In this document: positions 17,545 through 25,676 of the stretch, in pieces | How positions within the stretch are numbered: position 1 is the first letter of the stretch | How the letters are laid out: each line of letters starts with the position of its first letter | NCBI GenBank assembly: GCA_036149055.1 | Contig: JAYZQJ010000075.1 | Location: 1-25,676, forward strand | DNA length: 25,676 nucleotides | Source of the DNA: Myxococcota bacterium | Lineage (GTDB): Bacteria > Myxococcota_A > Polyangia > Polyangiales > Sandaracinaceae | Reading direction: 5' to 3' | Notes under the pieces: generated by a model | The model's database searches: none | What the model was told of the DNA's origin: nothing | The model's input: the letters and a program-made list of their open reading frames with translations, nothing else | Position numbers and translations under genes: made by a program

Positions 17545-19056
17545 TCAGCTGAGCGGGAAGAGGGCGCGGATGCGGGTGCCGCGGCCGGGCTCGGACTCGA
17601 TCTCGAGCACGCCGGCGCGCGCCTCCACGATCGAGCGGACGACCGAGAGGCCGAGGCCGGTGCCTCGGCGGCCCTTGGTCGTGAAGAACGGATCCAGCGC
17701 GCGGGCGCGGGTCTCGGGGTCCATGCCGTGCCCCGTGTCGGCGACCTCGACCCCGGCGAGGCCGCGCTCGGGATCGCGGACCGCGGCGACCCGGATGCGG
17801 CCGCCCTCGGGCATCGCGTCGCGGGCGTTCACCACGAAGTTGAGGACCACCTGCTCGAGCTGGGAGCGCTCGACCTCGATCGTCGCGCCGCTCGCCGCCT
17901 CGAGGTCGATCTGGAAGTGCGCCGAGTCGAGGACCCGGGTCAGCAGGGGCTCGAGATCGTGCAGGAGCGCGTCGACGTCGACCCGCTCGAGGCGGCGCAC
18001 CGAAGGCCGCGAGAGGTGGAGGAGCTGCCGGGCGAGGGTCCCCGCCTTCTGCACGCCGTCGGCCACGAGCTCGAGGTTGGCGCGCAGGCGCTCCGGCTCG
18101 CTCGCCTCGATCTGGGCGAGGTGGGCCGCCGAGCCGATGGCGGTCAGCATGTTGTTGAAGTCGTGGGCGATGCCCCCGACGAGCTGGCCGACCGCTTCCA
18201 TCTTCTGGGCCTGGACCAGCTGCGCCTGCGTCTCCTCGAGCCGCCCGACGTGCTCCTGGAGCTCCCGCATCATGCGGCCGCGCTCGTGGGCCGCCGTCAG
18301 CAGCTGGGCGAAGAAGGCGACCGCCCGCACGTCCTGCGCGCGGAGCTCGTCCGAGAAGAGCATGAAGACGTGGGCGACCCGGCCCGAGACCACGAGCGGC
18401 GCCATCGCCACGTCACGGCCGCCGAAGATGTTGGCGAGCAGGCTCGCGGTCCAGCGCAGGCGCTCCGGGAGGATGCCCTCGACGAAGACGACCATGTCGT
18501 CGGAGAAGACCGTCTCGCGTTCCTCGATCACGCGCCGGAAGAGCTCGACCTCGCGGTAGCGGAGCGCGAAGTCCTGGGCGCCGATGCCGGTGAGCTGCTC
18601 GGCCGCCTTGAGGAGCACCGGGCTCACGAAGTAGCGGCGGAAGGCGAGCGTGCCGCGCTCCGGATCGACGTCCGCGAGCACCGCCCGGAGGTCCCCCTCG
18701 AGCAGCGCCTCGCCGGCCGCGTCGAGCACCGCGCCCGGGTCGCCGGGGGCCCGCTGGAAGGCGAGCGCGGCCCGCCGGAGCGCCTCGTCGATGTGGGCGC
18801 GTCGCTCCGACTCGGCGGTCAGCTCCTCGAGGTGTCGCGTCGCCGCGCCGTCGTCCGCGCGCATGCGCAGGAGCCGCTCGAGCCGCGCCACCTGGCCCCG
18901 GAGCTTGCGGATCTCCCGCTGCTGGAGCTCGATCTCCGCGCCGAGCGCCGTGGTCCGCGCGGTGGACCGCTGCACGCCGCTCTGGTCGTCCCCGAAGGGC
19001 CGCGAACCTTCCGGTGACGTGCCCTCCTCGGCGTCGCTCTCGGCCCCTCGACTCAC
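17545..19056 (-). CDS. Cytoplasmic sensor histidine kinase (coiled coil, GAF-like, HisKA, HATPase)
   Basis: [23 protein letters not shown]-box, [11 protein letters not shown]-box, [19 protein letters not shown]. No TM segment and no receiver domain. Confidence 0.9.
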   Translation of the reverse strand: MSRGAESDAEEGTSPEGSRPFGDDQSGVQRSTARTTALGAEIELQQREIRKLRGQVARLERLLRMRADDGAATRHLEELTAESERRAHIDEALRRAALAFQRAPGDPGAVLDAAGEALLEGDLRAVLADVDPERGTLAFRRYFVSPVLLKAAEQLTGIGAQDFALRYREVELFRRVIEERETVFSDDMVVFVEGILPERLRWTASLLANIFGGRDVAMAPLVVSGRVAHVFMLFSDELRAQDVRAVAFFAQLLTAAHERGRMMRELQEHVGRLEETQAQLVQAQKMEAVGQLVGGIAHDFNNMLTAIGSAAHLAQIEASEPERLRANLELVADGVQKAGTLARQLLHLSRPSVRRLERVDVDALLHDLEPLLTRVLDSAHFQIDLEAASGATIEVERSQLEQVVLNFVVNARDAMPEGGRIRVAAVRDPERGLAGVEVADTGHGMDPETRARALDPFFTTKGRRGTGLGLSVVRSIVEARAGVLEIESEPGRGTRIRALFPLS

Positions 19057-19109
19057 GCCCGGGAGCCTAGCACCGAACGACTCTGCCAGCCTGCATCAAT
19101 TCGCTCTCT

Positions 19110-20423
19110 CTAGAACTGGTACTCGGCGCGGAGGATGCCGTAGCGCTCGGCGTCGGTCATCTCGCCGCCGCCCTCGCGGGCGCTGCCGAGGAAGGCGTGG
19201 GCCTCGCGGTAGAGCAGGTGCACCGAGACCTCGTCGATGATGCGGAGCCGGACGTGCGCCTCGGCCCCCACCAGGAAGCCGTCCTGCACCTGCCCCGCCT
19301 GGGAGAGCTCGTCGCTGAGGCTCCCCACGTGGCCGATCTCCGGCACGATCCCCAGCGAGAGCGGGCTGTCCCCGATGTGGAACCAGAGGCCGATGCGCGC
19401 GTAGATGCCGCTGAGCGTGTAGTCCGGGATGGAGACCGGGATCTCGCTGTCGAGCATGCGGAAGCCCCAGCCGACCTCGAGCTGCAGGCGCGTCGGCCGC
19501 TCGCCGGGCGCGAGGGGGATGTCGTTGCGCAGCCCGATCGCGAGGTGGTGCGCGCGCATGTCGGTGGTGCGGGTGCTGCCGTCGGCGCGCTCGTCGCGGC
19601 CCTGGAGCCCGACCGAGGTGGTGTAGCGGAGGGCGAGCGCGAGGCGGTAGCGGCTGCCGGCGTCCGGCCGGACGTAGCCGAGGACCTGCGCCTGGATGGC
19701 GGGGAACGGGATGGTGCTGAGGCGGGCGTCGCCGCCCTCCATCGGGATGCTGCTCGAGCGCTGGGCGATGCCGGCGCCGGCGCTGACCGCGAAGCCCCAC
19801 TGGCGCCGCATCTCGAGGGGGACCTCGTCCTCCTCGCTCGCCTCGGGCGCGCTCTCCTCCTCGCTGGCCCCCTCGGCCGCGGCCGCCTCCTGCGCCTCCC
19901 AGTCGAGCGGCGGCGGAAGATCTCCGCCCTCGCCGCCCTCGGCCGCCGGCGCCGCGTCGGGGGCGCTCGCCTGGGCGGGCGGCGCGCCGCCGGTCACCGC
20001 GCGCAGGTCCCGGAGGATCGCGTGCTGGCTGGCCGGGCGGAGGTGCATGCCCCGCATCGAGTAGTTGCTGCTGGTGACCAGCTCGCCGCTCTGGCCGCTG
20101 TAGAAGCGGAGCCGGAGCGTGCGGTTGCGGTAGTGGCCGCCGTAGCTCGCGACCACGATGACGTCGGCGTTCTGCTGGGTCCCCACCCTGCGCACCGCGC
20201 GGGCGCTGCTCGGCCGGAGCCCCGCCTGCGCGCACGCCCGGACGTAGTCGTCGTAGCTGACGAGCACGCCGCCCGAGGACAGCAGGCGGGAGACGGTCCG
20301 GCGGAGCCGCGCGGGCACCGTGCCGCCCGGCGCGAAGAGCACCCGCGGCGTGTCGCTCGCCTGCGCCTCCACGCCCGCGGGCGCGGCGATCAGGACGGCG
20401 AGGAGGACGAGGACGGCGCGCAT
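19110..20423 (-). CDS. Exported protein, probable outer-membrane beta-barrel with an N-terminal alpha/beta domain
   Basis: Signal peptide, acidic Ala/Glu/Pro linker, then amphipathic strands (FAVSAGAGI, LQLEVGWGF, YARIGLWF) ending GILRAEYQF (C-terminal Phe beta-signal). Starts 4 nt after the TlpA stop. Confidence 0.65.
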   Translation of the reverse strand: MRAVLVLLAVLIAAPAGVEAQASDTPRVLFAPGGTVPARLRRTVSRLLSSGGVLVSYDDYVRACAQAGLRPSSARAVRRVGTQQNADVIVVASYGGHYRNRTLRLRFYSGQSGELVTSSNYSMRGMHLRPASQHAILRDLRAVTGGAPPAQASAPDAAPAAEGGEGGDLPPPLDWEAQEAAAAEGASEEESAPEASEEDEVPLEMRRQWGFAVSAGAGIAQRSSSIPMEGGDARLSTIPFPAIQAQVLGYVRPDAGSRYRLALALRYTTSVGLQGRDERADGSTRTTDMRAHHLAIGLRNDIPLAPGERPTRLQLEVGWGFRMLDSEIPVSIPDYTLSGIYARIGLWFHIGDSPLSLGIVPEIGHVGSLSDELSQAGQVQDGFLVGAEAHVRLRIIDEVSVHLLYREAHAFLGSAREGGGEMTDAERYGILRAEYQF

Positions 20424-20427
20424 GGGC

Positions 20428-20922
20428 TTACAGCAGCTCGCGGATCTGACGCTCCAGGGTGGCGGCGTCGCCGCCGCGGAACCCCGAGTGTACGTGCCGG
20501 ACGACCCCCTGACGATCGATGATGTAGGTCGACGGCATCGTCGGCGGGCGGAAGCGGTTGGCGACCGAGTGATCCGCGTCGTGCATCACCGGGAACGACA
20601 CGCGGGTCCGGCTCAGGAAGCCGCGCGCGTTGTCGGCGGTGCGGTCTTCGCTGACCCCGATGACCACCAGGCCCTGGCCGCGGTAGCGCTGATAGATGCG
20701 CTCGAGCGCCGGCATCGCCTCCGCGCAGGGCTCGCACCAGGACGCCCAGAAGTCGACCACCACCACCGAGCCCCGGTGCTGGGCGAGATCGATCCGCTCG
20801 GCGTTGGCGAGCGCCCGGCCATCGAACGCCGGCGCCCGCGCGCCCGGGTCGAGGGCGAAGGTCGCCGACGTCATGAGCAGCGCCGCGCCCGCGGCGAAGA
20901 ATCCAACCATCCAGCGATTCAT
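20428..20922 (-). CDS. Exported TlpA-family thiol:disulfide oxidoreductase
   Basis: GGAGG before ATG 20922, signal peptide, VVVVDFWASWCEPC, MPSTYIIDRQG. Confidence 0.9.
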   Translation of the reverse strand: MNRWMVGFFAAGAALLMTSATFALDPGARAPAFDGRALANAERIDLAQHRGSVVVVDFWASWCEPCAEAMPALERIYQRYRGQGLVVIGVSEDRTADNARGFLSRTRVSFPVMHDADHSVANRFRPPTMPSTYIIDRQGVVRHVHSGFRGGDAATLERQIRELL

Positions 20923-21115
20923 TCGGTACCTCCCGGTGGACACGTGGGGCTCGTCACGCAGGACTCGTGCCGGCAGCGGGGCGCGCGAAAGGCCGGGGAC
21001 CGGGGTCCTCGCTGGAGACTCGGCACCCCGGATTTCCGGAGCGCGGAGCGCGTTCTGAGGGAGCATCCGGGGTTCCTCGACCCCCGGATCCGAAGTCTCC
21101 ACCGGGGATTCCATC

Positions 21116-21131
21116 GGGCACGGATTCTGCG
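21116..21131 (+). promoter_or_regulatory. Putative sigma54 (-24/-12) promoter of the multiheme cytochrome operon
   Basis: GGGCACG-GATT-CTGCG with exact GG-N10-GC spacing (consensus TGGCACG-N4-TTGC), 53 nt before ATG 21185. Confidence 0.55.
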
Positions 21132-21184
21132 TGGCGGGCAGCGGGGCCTCTCGTCCGGCCCCTCACGGGAACGAAGGAAGAGCC

Positions 21185-24157
21185 ATGAACCGACGCCTCT
21201 CGCTGCTGACCGCGCTCGCCCTGAGCGCTTGCGCGCCCGACCCGTTCATCGCTGGCGACGGCGGCACGGGACCGGCGCCGGTGTGCGACGCCTACGAGTA
21301 CCGCGGCACGACCTACGACTGCGCGGCCCTCGACCGGTGCACCGAGACGGACATCACCTATCGGCTCGCCTGCTGCGAATGCGACCCGCGGCTCTGCAAC
21401 CCGGATCCGGACTGCGGCGACGCGGGCGGCCCGCCCATCCCGGACGGTCCGGCCGAGAGCTGCATGAGCTGCCACAACGGCTCGGACCGCAACGACTACG
21501 CGGGCGACGGCATGAGCAACCCCCACCCGTTCCCGGGGGAGCCCAACGTCCAGTGCACCACCTGCCACGGCGGCAACGGCCGCGGGACGGGCAAGCTCGG
21601 CAGCCACGTGCCGCCGCCCCCGGAGATCGGCGACGACGAGAACCTCGTCGACAACGAGGTCGCCTACTACAACCGCCGCACCCTCGCGGGCATCGACCGC
21701 TTCCCCGACTACACCGTCGACGGCGTCACCTACACCGCGCTCGAGTACCTGCAGTTCATCAACCCCGGCGACCTCCGGGTCGTCACGGCCGGCGAGGGCT
21801 GTGGGACCCCGGGCTGCCACGCGGGCGAGCACGCCGAGTGGGTCGAGAACGGCCCCATCGGCAACGCGGTCGGCATGTTCAGCGGCGCGGCCTACACCGC
21901 CGGCCTCGAGAACGAGATCCCGGAGCACCGCGGGCTCTGGGAGAACACCGCCGGCGACTACGGCTGGCGCGCGGACGAGGACACCGACTGGGAGGGCCCC
22001 GGCGACCTCGTCGGCTCCATCGGGCGCGTCGAGGCGCTGCCGGAGCGCGGCCAGTTCGGCACCGGCGAGATCTACGAGAACCCCGTCTACAACGCGGCCA
22101 ACTTCGGCGACTACGTCACCGCGGCCGGCGACCCGGACGGCGCCAACCGCATCATCCCGAACACGCCGCTCGAGCACACCTACTTCGAGGCCATCGGGAT
22201 CACCTGCGGGGACTGCCACCTCGGCAGCGCCGGTCAGAACGATCGCTACGGCGACTTCCGCTCCTCCGGCTGCACCGCCTGCCACATGGAGTACAGCGCC
22301 GACGGCCGCAGCCGGAGCAGCGACCCGAACGTCGACCACTTCGAGCCCGCCGACCCCGACGCGATCGCGGCGCCCGAGCGCGCGCACATCGACAGTCACC
22401 AGATCCGCAACGTCGCCAAGACCCTGCCGGGCGGCGCGTTCGTGCGCGGCATCAGCGACTACGCGTGCGCCGGCTGCCACCAGGGCAGCAACCGCACGGT
22501 GATGCAGTACTGGGGCCTGCGCCTCGACCAGAACCGCGACGTCGCGCAGGGCAACCAGTACCCGGAGAACCCCGCCAACTTCCAGAACAGCGCGAACGAC
22601 ACGCGGCTGTTCGACCCGGCGGTGGGCAACAACACCTTCAACGGCCGTGACGCCGACCAGTACCTGCTCGTCGAGGACTACGACGACGACGGCCGCGACG
22701 ACACGCCGGCCGACGTGCACCACGAGGCGGGCCTCGGCTGCATCGACTGCCACGGCAGCCGCGACCTGCACGGCGGCACCCGCGGCGACGACACCAGCGG
22801 CCGCATCATGAGCCGCATGAGCCAGGGCACCTTCATCGAGTGCCAGAGCTGCCACGGCGGCGTGAGCTCCTACGCGGCCACCGTGCCCTGCCGCACCTAC
22901 GGGGGCGACGAGGCCGAGTGCGCGATCGACCGGCTGGGCAACCCGCTCCGCCACGTCACCCGCGAGGGCGACGACTTCTACCTGACCAGTCGCCTGACCG
23001 GCCGCCGCCACTTCGTGGTGCAGACCCGCGACACGGTGGTCGACAACGGCAAGGTCAACCCCTTCACCCGCCAGCGCCTCTACACCCCGCTCGCCTCCTA
23101 CGCGATGGGCCGCGCGGACGGGAACCCGGCGACCGGCGTCGGCCCGCTCCAGGCGGACCCGACGACCTACACCGCGGGCTTCAGCCACACCGACCGCATG
23201 GACTGCGCGAGCTGCCACTCGAGCTGGACCAACAACTGCGTCGGCTGCCACCTCGCGAACGGCTACGACGCCAACCCGGCGAACTACTTCGTCAGCAACC
23301 TGACCGGCGAGCGCATCGTGCAGTTCCAGGCGGCGGCGGACTTCACCTACCAGACGCCGGTGCCCTTCTACCTGGGCGTGAACGCGCGCGGCCGGATCAC
23401 GCAGACCCAGCCGGGCATCCAGATGTTCTACCGCTACTTCGACCTCAACGGGACCGAGTCGCAGGTGTTCGCCTTCAGCGACCGCAACGGCAACGGCAAC
23501 AACCCGAACGTCGGCGGACGCGACGCCCACGGGGCGCTCAGCCACGACGCGATGATGCCGCACTCCATCCGCGGCCGCGTCAGCGGCTCGGACGAGGGGC
23601 CGCGCTACTGCGTCGCCTGCCACATGACCGAGAACTCGCTCGACACCTTCGGCGCGCAGTACGACGTCTTCCGCAACGCGATGGCGAACCGGAACTACAA
23701 CCGGCTCGACTTCAACCTGCTGCGGCAGCACATCGGCCAGAACACCGGAAACCAGCTGGACAGCCCGATCTGGGTGCACATGGTGGCGGGCCTCGGCTCC
23801 GGCATCTTCCTCTTCGACGAGACCGGCTGCCCGGAGAACCCGCTCGACGACAACGCCAACCGCGCGTACTGCCCGGACGGCGCGCCGGCGAACAACTTCG
23901 ACGCGAACGACGTCGTCTACAACCTCGACGGCCTGGTCGAAGCCAACGGCATCTCGAACGCCTCGAGCAGCCACCCGGCGCTCGACCGCGAGCGGGTCCG
24001 CGGGCTGCGCATCGGCGCGACGAACCCCTACACCAGCGGCCCGCTCGGCGCGGACCTGACGCAGCTCCTCGCCGACCCCGACGTGGGCGTGGTGCTCGAC
24101 AGCTGGATCGACGCCGACGGCGCCGCCCAGGGCAACGCCGCCGACTTCATCGACTGA
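21185..24157 (+). CDS. Large multiheme c-type cytochrome lipoprotein (10 CxxCH + 1 CX4CH)
   Basis: Lipobox LSAC. Motifs CMSCH, CTTCH, CGTPGCH, CGDCH, CTACH, CAGCH, CIDCH, CQSCH, CASCH, CVGCH, CVACH. Purine-rich RBS before ATG 21185; 990 aa. Confidence 0.9.
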   Translation: MNRRLSLLTALALSACAPDPFIAGDGGTGPAPVCDAYEYRGTTYDCAALDRCTETDITYRLACCECDPRLCNPDPDCGDAGGPPIPDGPAESCMSCHNGSDRNDYAGDGMSNPHPFPGEPNVQCTTCHGGNGRGTGKLGSHVPPPPEIGDDENLVDNEVAYYNRRTLAGIDRFPDYTVDGVTYTALEYLQFINPGDLRVVTAGEGCGTPGCHAGEHAEWVENGPIGNAVGMFSGAAYTAGLENEIPEHRGLWENTAGDYGWRADEDTDWEGPGDLVGSIGRVEALPERGQFGTGEIYENPVYNAANFGDYVTAAGDPDGANRIIPNTPLEHTYFEAIGITCGDCHLGSAGQNDRYGDFRSSGCTACHMEYSADGRSRSSDPNVDHFEPADPDAIAAPERAHIDSHQIRNVAKTLPGGAFVRGISDYACAGCHQGSNRTVMQYWGLRLDQNRDVAQGNQYPENPANFQNSANDTRLFDPAVGNNTFNGRDADQYLLVEDYDDDGRDDTPADVHHEAGLGCIDCHGSRDLHGGTRGDDTSGRIMSRMSQGTFIECQSCHGGVSSYAATVPCRTYGGDEAECAIDRLGNPLRHVTREGDDFYLTSRLTGRRHFVVQTRDTVVDNGKVNPFTRQRLYTPLASYAMGRADGNPATGVGPLQADPTTYTAGFSHTDRMDCASCHSSWTNNCVGCHLANGYDANPANYFVSNLTGERIVQFQAAADFTYQTPVPFYLGVNARGRITQTQPGIQMFYRYFDLNGTESQVFAFSDRNGNGNNPNVGGRDAHGALSHDAMMPHSIRGRVSGSDEGPRYCVACHMTENSLDTFGAQYDVFRNAMANRNYNRLDFNLLRQHIGQNTGNQLDSPIWVHMVAGLGSGIFLFDETGCPENPLDDNANRAYCPDGAPANNFDANDVVYNLDGLVEANGISNASSSHPALDRERVRGLRIGATNPYTSGPLGADLTQLLADPDVGVVLDSWIDADGAAQGNAADFID

Positions 24158-24226
24158 GGATGCGCGGGCGCTTGCCCGCGCGGCCGTCTCCGAAGTACCC
24201 AGTCCAACGTGAGCCTCCCCCACCCC

Positions 24227-25411
24227 ATGTCTCGTTCGAGTAGAGTTGTGAGGTGGGGGGCTGCGAGGTGGGGGCTGACGCTCGCGACGCTCCTCGTCGC
24301 CGCTCCGGCCTCGGCCAACGAGGGGACCGCCGGCATCTTCGTCCGCGGCGACAGCGACGCGACCATCGTCGTGTCCCCGCGGGCCGCGGTGCAGGTCGAC
24401 GTCGAGGAGAACACCGAGGTCACCGCGGCCTACATGGCCGACGTCTGGACCAGCGCGAGCATCGACATCCGGACCGCGGCCACCCGCCCGGTCGGCGCCC
24501 GCGCCGCCGAGGACTCCGAGTACCTCTGGATCACCGAGCAGCGCGACCAGCTCGACCTCTCGGTGAGCCACCAGCTCGGCGACGTGAGCCTCGGGGGCGC
24601 CTACTACTACTCGGGCGAGAACGACTACTGGTCCCACGGCTTCACGCTGAGGGCGACCGAGGAGCTCTTCGGCAAGAGCACCACGCTGACCCAGAGCCTG
24701 CGCTTCGTGCACGACATCGTCGGCCGGAGCGGCGACCCCAACTTCGAGCGCCCGCTGAACACCTTCGGCGCGCGCCTCGTCTGGTCTCAGATCCTCTCAC
24801 CCGACGCGATCGTGCAGGCGGTCTGGGAGGGCATGTACCGCAACGGGTTCCAGTCGAGCGTCTACCGATTCGTCGGCCTCGGCGGCAACGGCATGTGCGG
24901 CATCGATCCGGAGACCGGCGACCTCGGGACGGCGAGCCTCTGCGTGCCGGAGGCCCACCCGAGCACCCGCATCCGCAACGCCTTCGTCCTGCAGGGGCGC
25001 TACGCGTTCAGCGACGACACCAGCGCGGGCGTCGGCTACCGCTTCTACTTCGACGACTGGGGCATCTACTCGCACACCGCCATCGCGCAGATCGCGTGGG
25101 TGCCGGCCGAGAACCAGACCATCACGTTCCGCTACCGCTTCTACACGCAGACCGCGGCCGGCTTCTACCAGTCCCGCTACGACCCACCGCCGGGCGCCCA
25201 GATCCGCTTCGTCACCCGGGACCGCGAGCTGAGCCCGACCTTCTCGAACCGCCTCGCCTTCTCGTACCAGGGCCGCACGACCCTCACCGAAGGCGTCGGC
25301 CTGAAGGTCGCCTTCGCCCTCGGCGGGACCATCTTCGTCTACCCGGACTTCGTCGGCCTCGACGAGGTCTACGCCCTCGACGGCACCCTGTCGTTCACCC
25401 TGGAGCTCTGA
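24227..25411 (+). CDS. DUF3570-family outer-membrane beta-barrel protein
   Basis: Signal peptide ending PASA; DVWTSAS, SGENDYWS, YRFYFDDWGIYSHT, RYRFYTQTAAGFY and TRDRELS match the family as I recall it. Start uncertain (24209/24227/24248). Confidence 0.8.
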   Translation: MSRSSRVVRWGAARWGLTLATLLVAAPASANEGTAGIFVRGDSDATIVVSPRAAVQVDVEENTEVTAAYMADVWTSASIDIRTAATRPVGARAAEDSEYLWITEQRDQLDLSVSHQLGDVSLGGAYYYSGENDYWSHGFTLRATEELFGKSTTLTQSLRFVHDIVGRSGDPNFERPLNTFGARLVWSQILSPDAIVQAVWEGMYRNGFQSSVYRFVGLGGNGMCGIDPETGDLGTASLCVPEAHPSTRIRNAFVLQGRYAFSDDTSAGVGYRFYFDDWGIYSHTAIAQIAWVPAENQTITFRYRFYTQTAAGFYQSRYDPPPGAQIRFVTRDRELSPTFSNRLAFSYQGRTTLTEGVGLKVAFALGGTIFVYPDFVGLDEVYALDGTLSFTLEL

Positions 25412-25414
25412 CCC

Positions 25415-25621
25415 ATGCGCCTGCTCGCCATCGCCTTCTGCCTCACCTGCCTGAGCGGCTGCGTCACCATCCAGCCCTGGGAGCGCGAGCGCCTCGCCCG
25501 CACCGACATGCAGTTCGGCGGCGCCGAGGAGCTCGAGGCGGCCGAAGGCCACGCGACCGAGGTCCGCGAGGCCTCCGCCGGCGGCTTCGACGCGGCCGGC
25601 GGCGGCTGCGGATGTAATTGA
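25415..25621 (+). CDS. DUF4266-family small lipoprotein
   Basis: Lipobox LSGC, QPWERERLA, REASAGG, terminal GGGCGCN. Confidence 0.85.
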   Translation: MRLLAIAFCLTCLSGCVTIQPWERERLARTDMQFGGAEELEAAEGHATEVREASAGGFDAAGGGCGCN

Positions 25622-25676
25622 CTCGTTGGGCAGGGGCGGGTCCGCCCCCGCCCCCCCGCTGCGCCGGCACAACGGC

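Noticed and set aside
21185..25411. Naming the pair MtrA/MtrB
   Set aside because: The cytochrome is about three times longer than MtrA with different heme spacing, and the barrel is much shorter than MtrB and carries DUF3570 motifs.
25628..25660. Terminator after DUF4266
   Set aside because: A GC hairpin (GGGGCGGG/CCCGCCCC) is possible, but there is no U-tract and the window ends, so the operon may continue.

Overview
Very GC-rich (roughly 70-75% by eye) chromosomal window. The gene content suggests Myxococcota (Polyangia/Sandaracinus-like), which is an inference from a MYXO-CTERM-like tail, a Ser/Thr kinase-FGE fusion and DUF3570/DUF4266 genes. Left half (1-14 kb): chlamydial/plant-type fabI, a Gly-rich RRM protein, a membrane-anchored hypothetical protein, a Ser/Thr kinase-FGE protein, a small islet bracketed by a 35-bp duplication of the cysE 3' end, divergent cysE / cysM-OsmC, an Hpt-REC-GGDEF-REC diguanylate cyclase and an SNF2 helicase. 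Right half (14-25.6 kb): an envelope redox locus. It has three exported monoheme c-type proteins, a ~1.4-kb nested palindromic repeat island and an orphan histidine kinase. It ends in a divergent pair of operons: TlpA plus a predicted outer-membrane beta-barrel on the minus strand, and on the plus strand a ~990-aa lipoprotein with 11 heme motifs, a DUF3570 beta-barrel and a DUF4266 lipoprotein, preceded by a sigma54-like promoter. The best candidate for an undescribed system is this putative porin-multiheme cytochrome-thiol/flavin surface electron-transfer conduit. All family assignments are by motif recognition; no searches were run.
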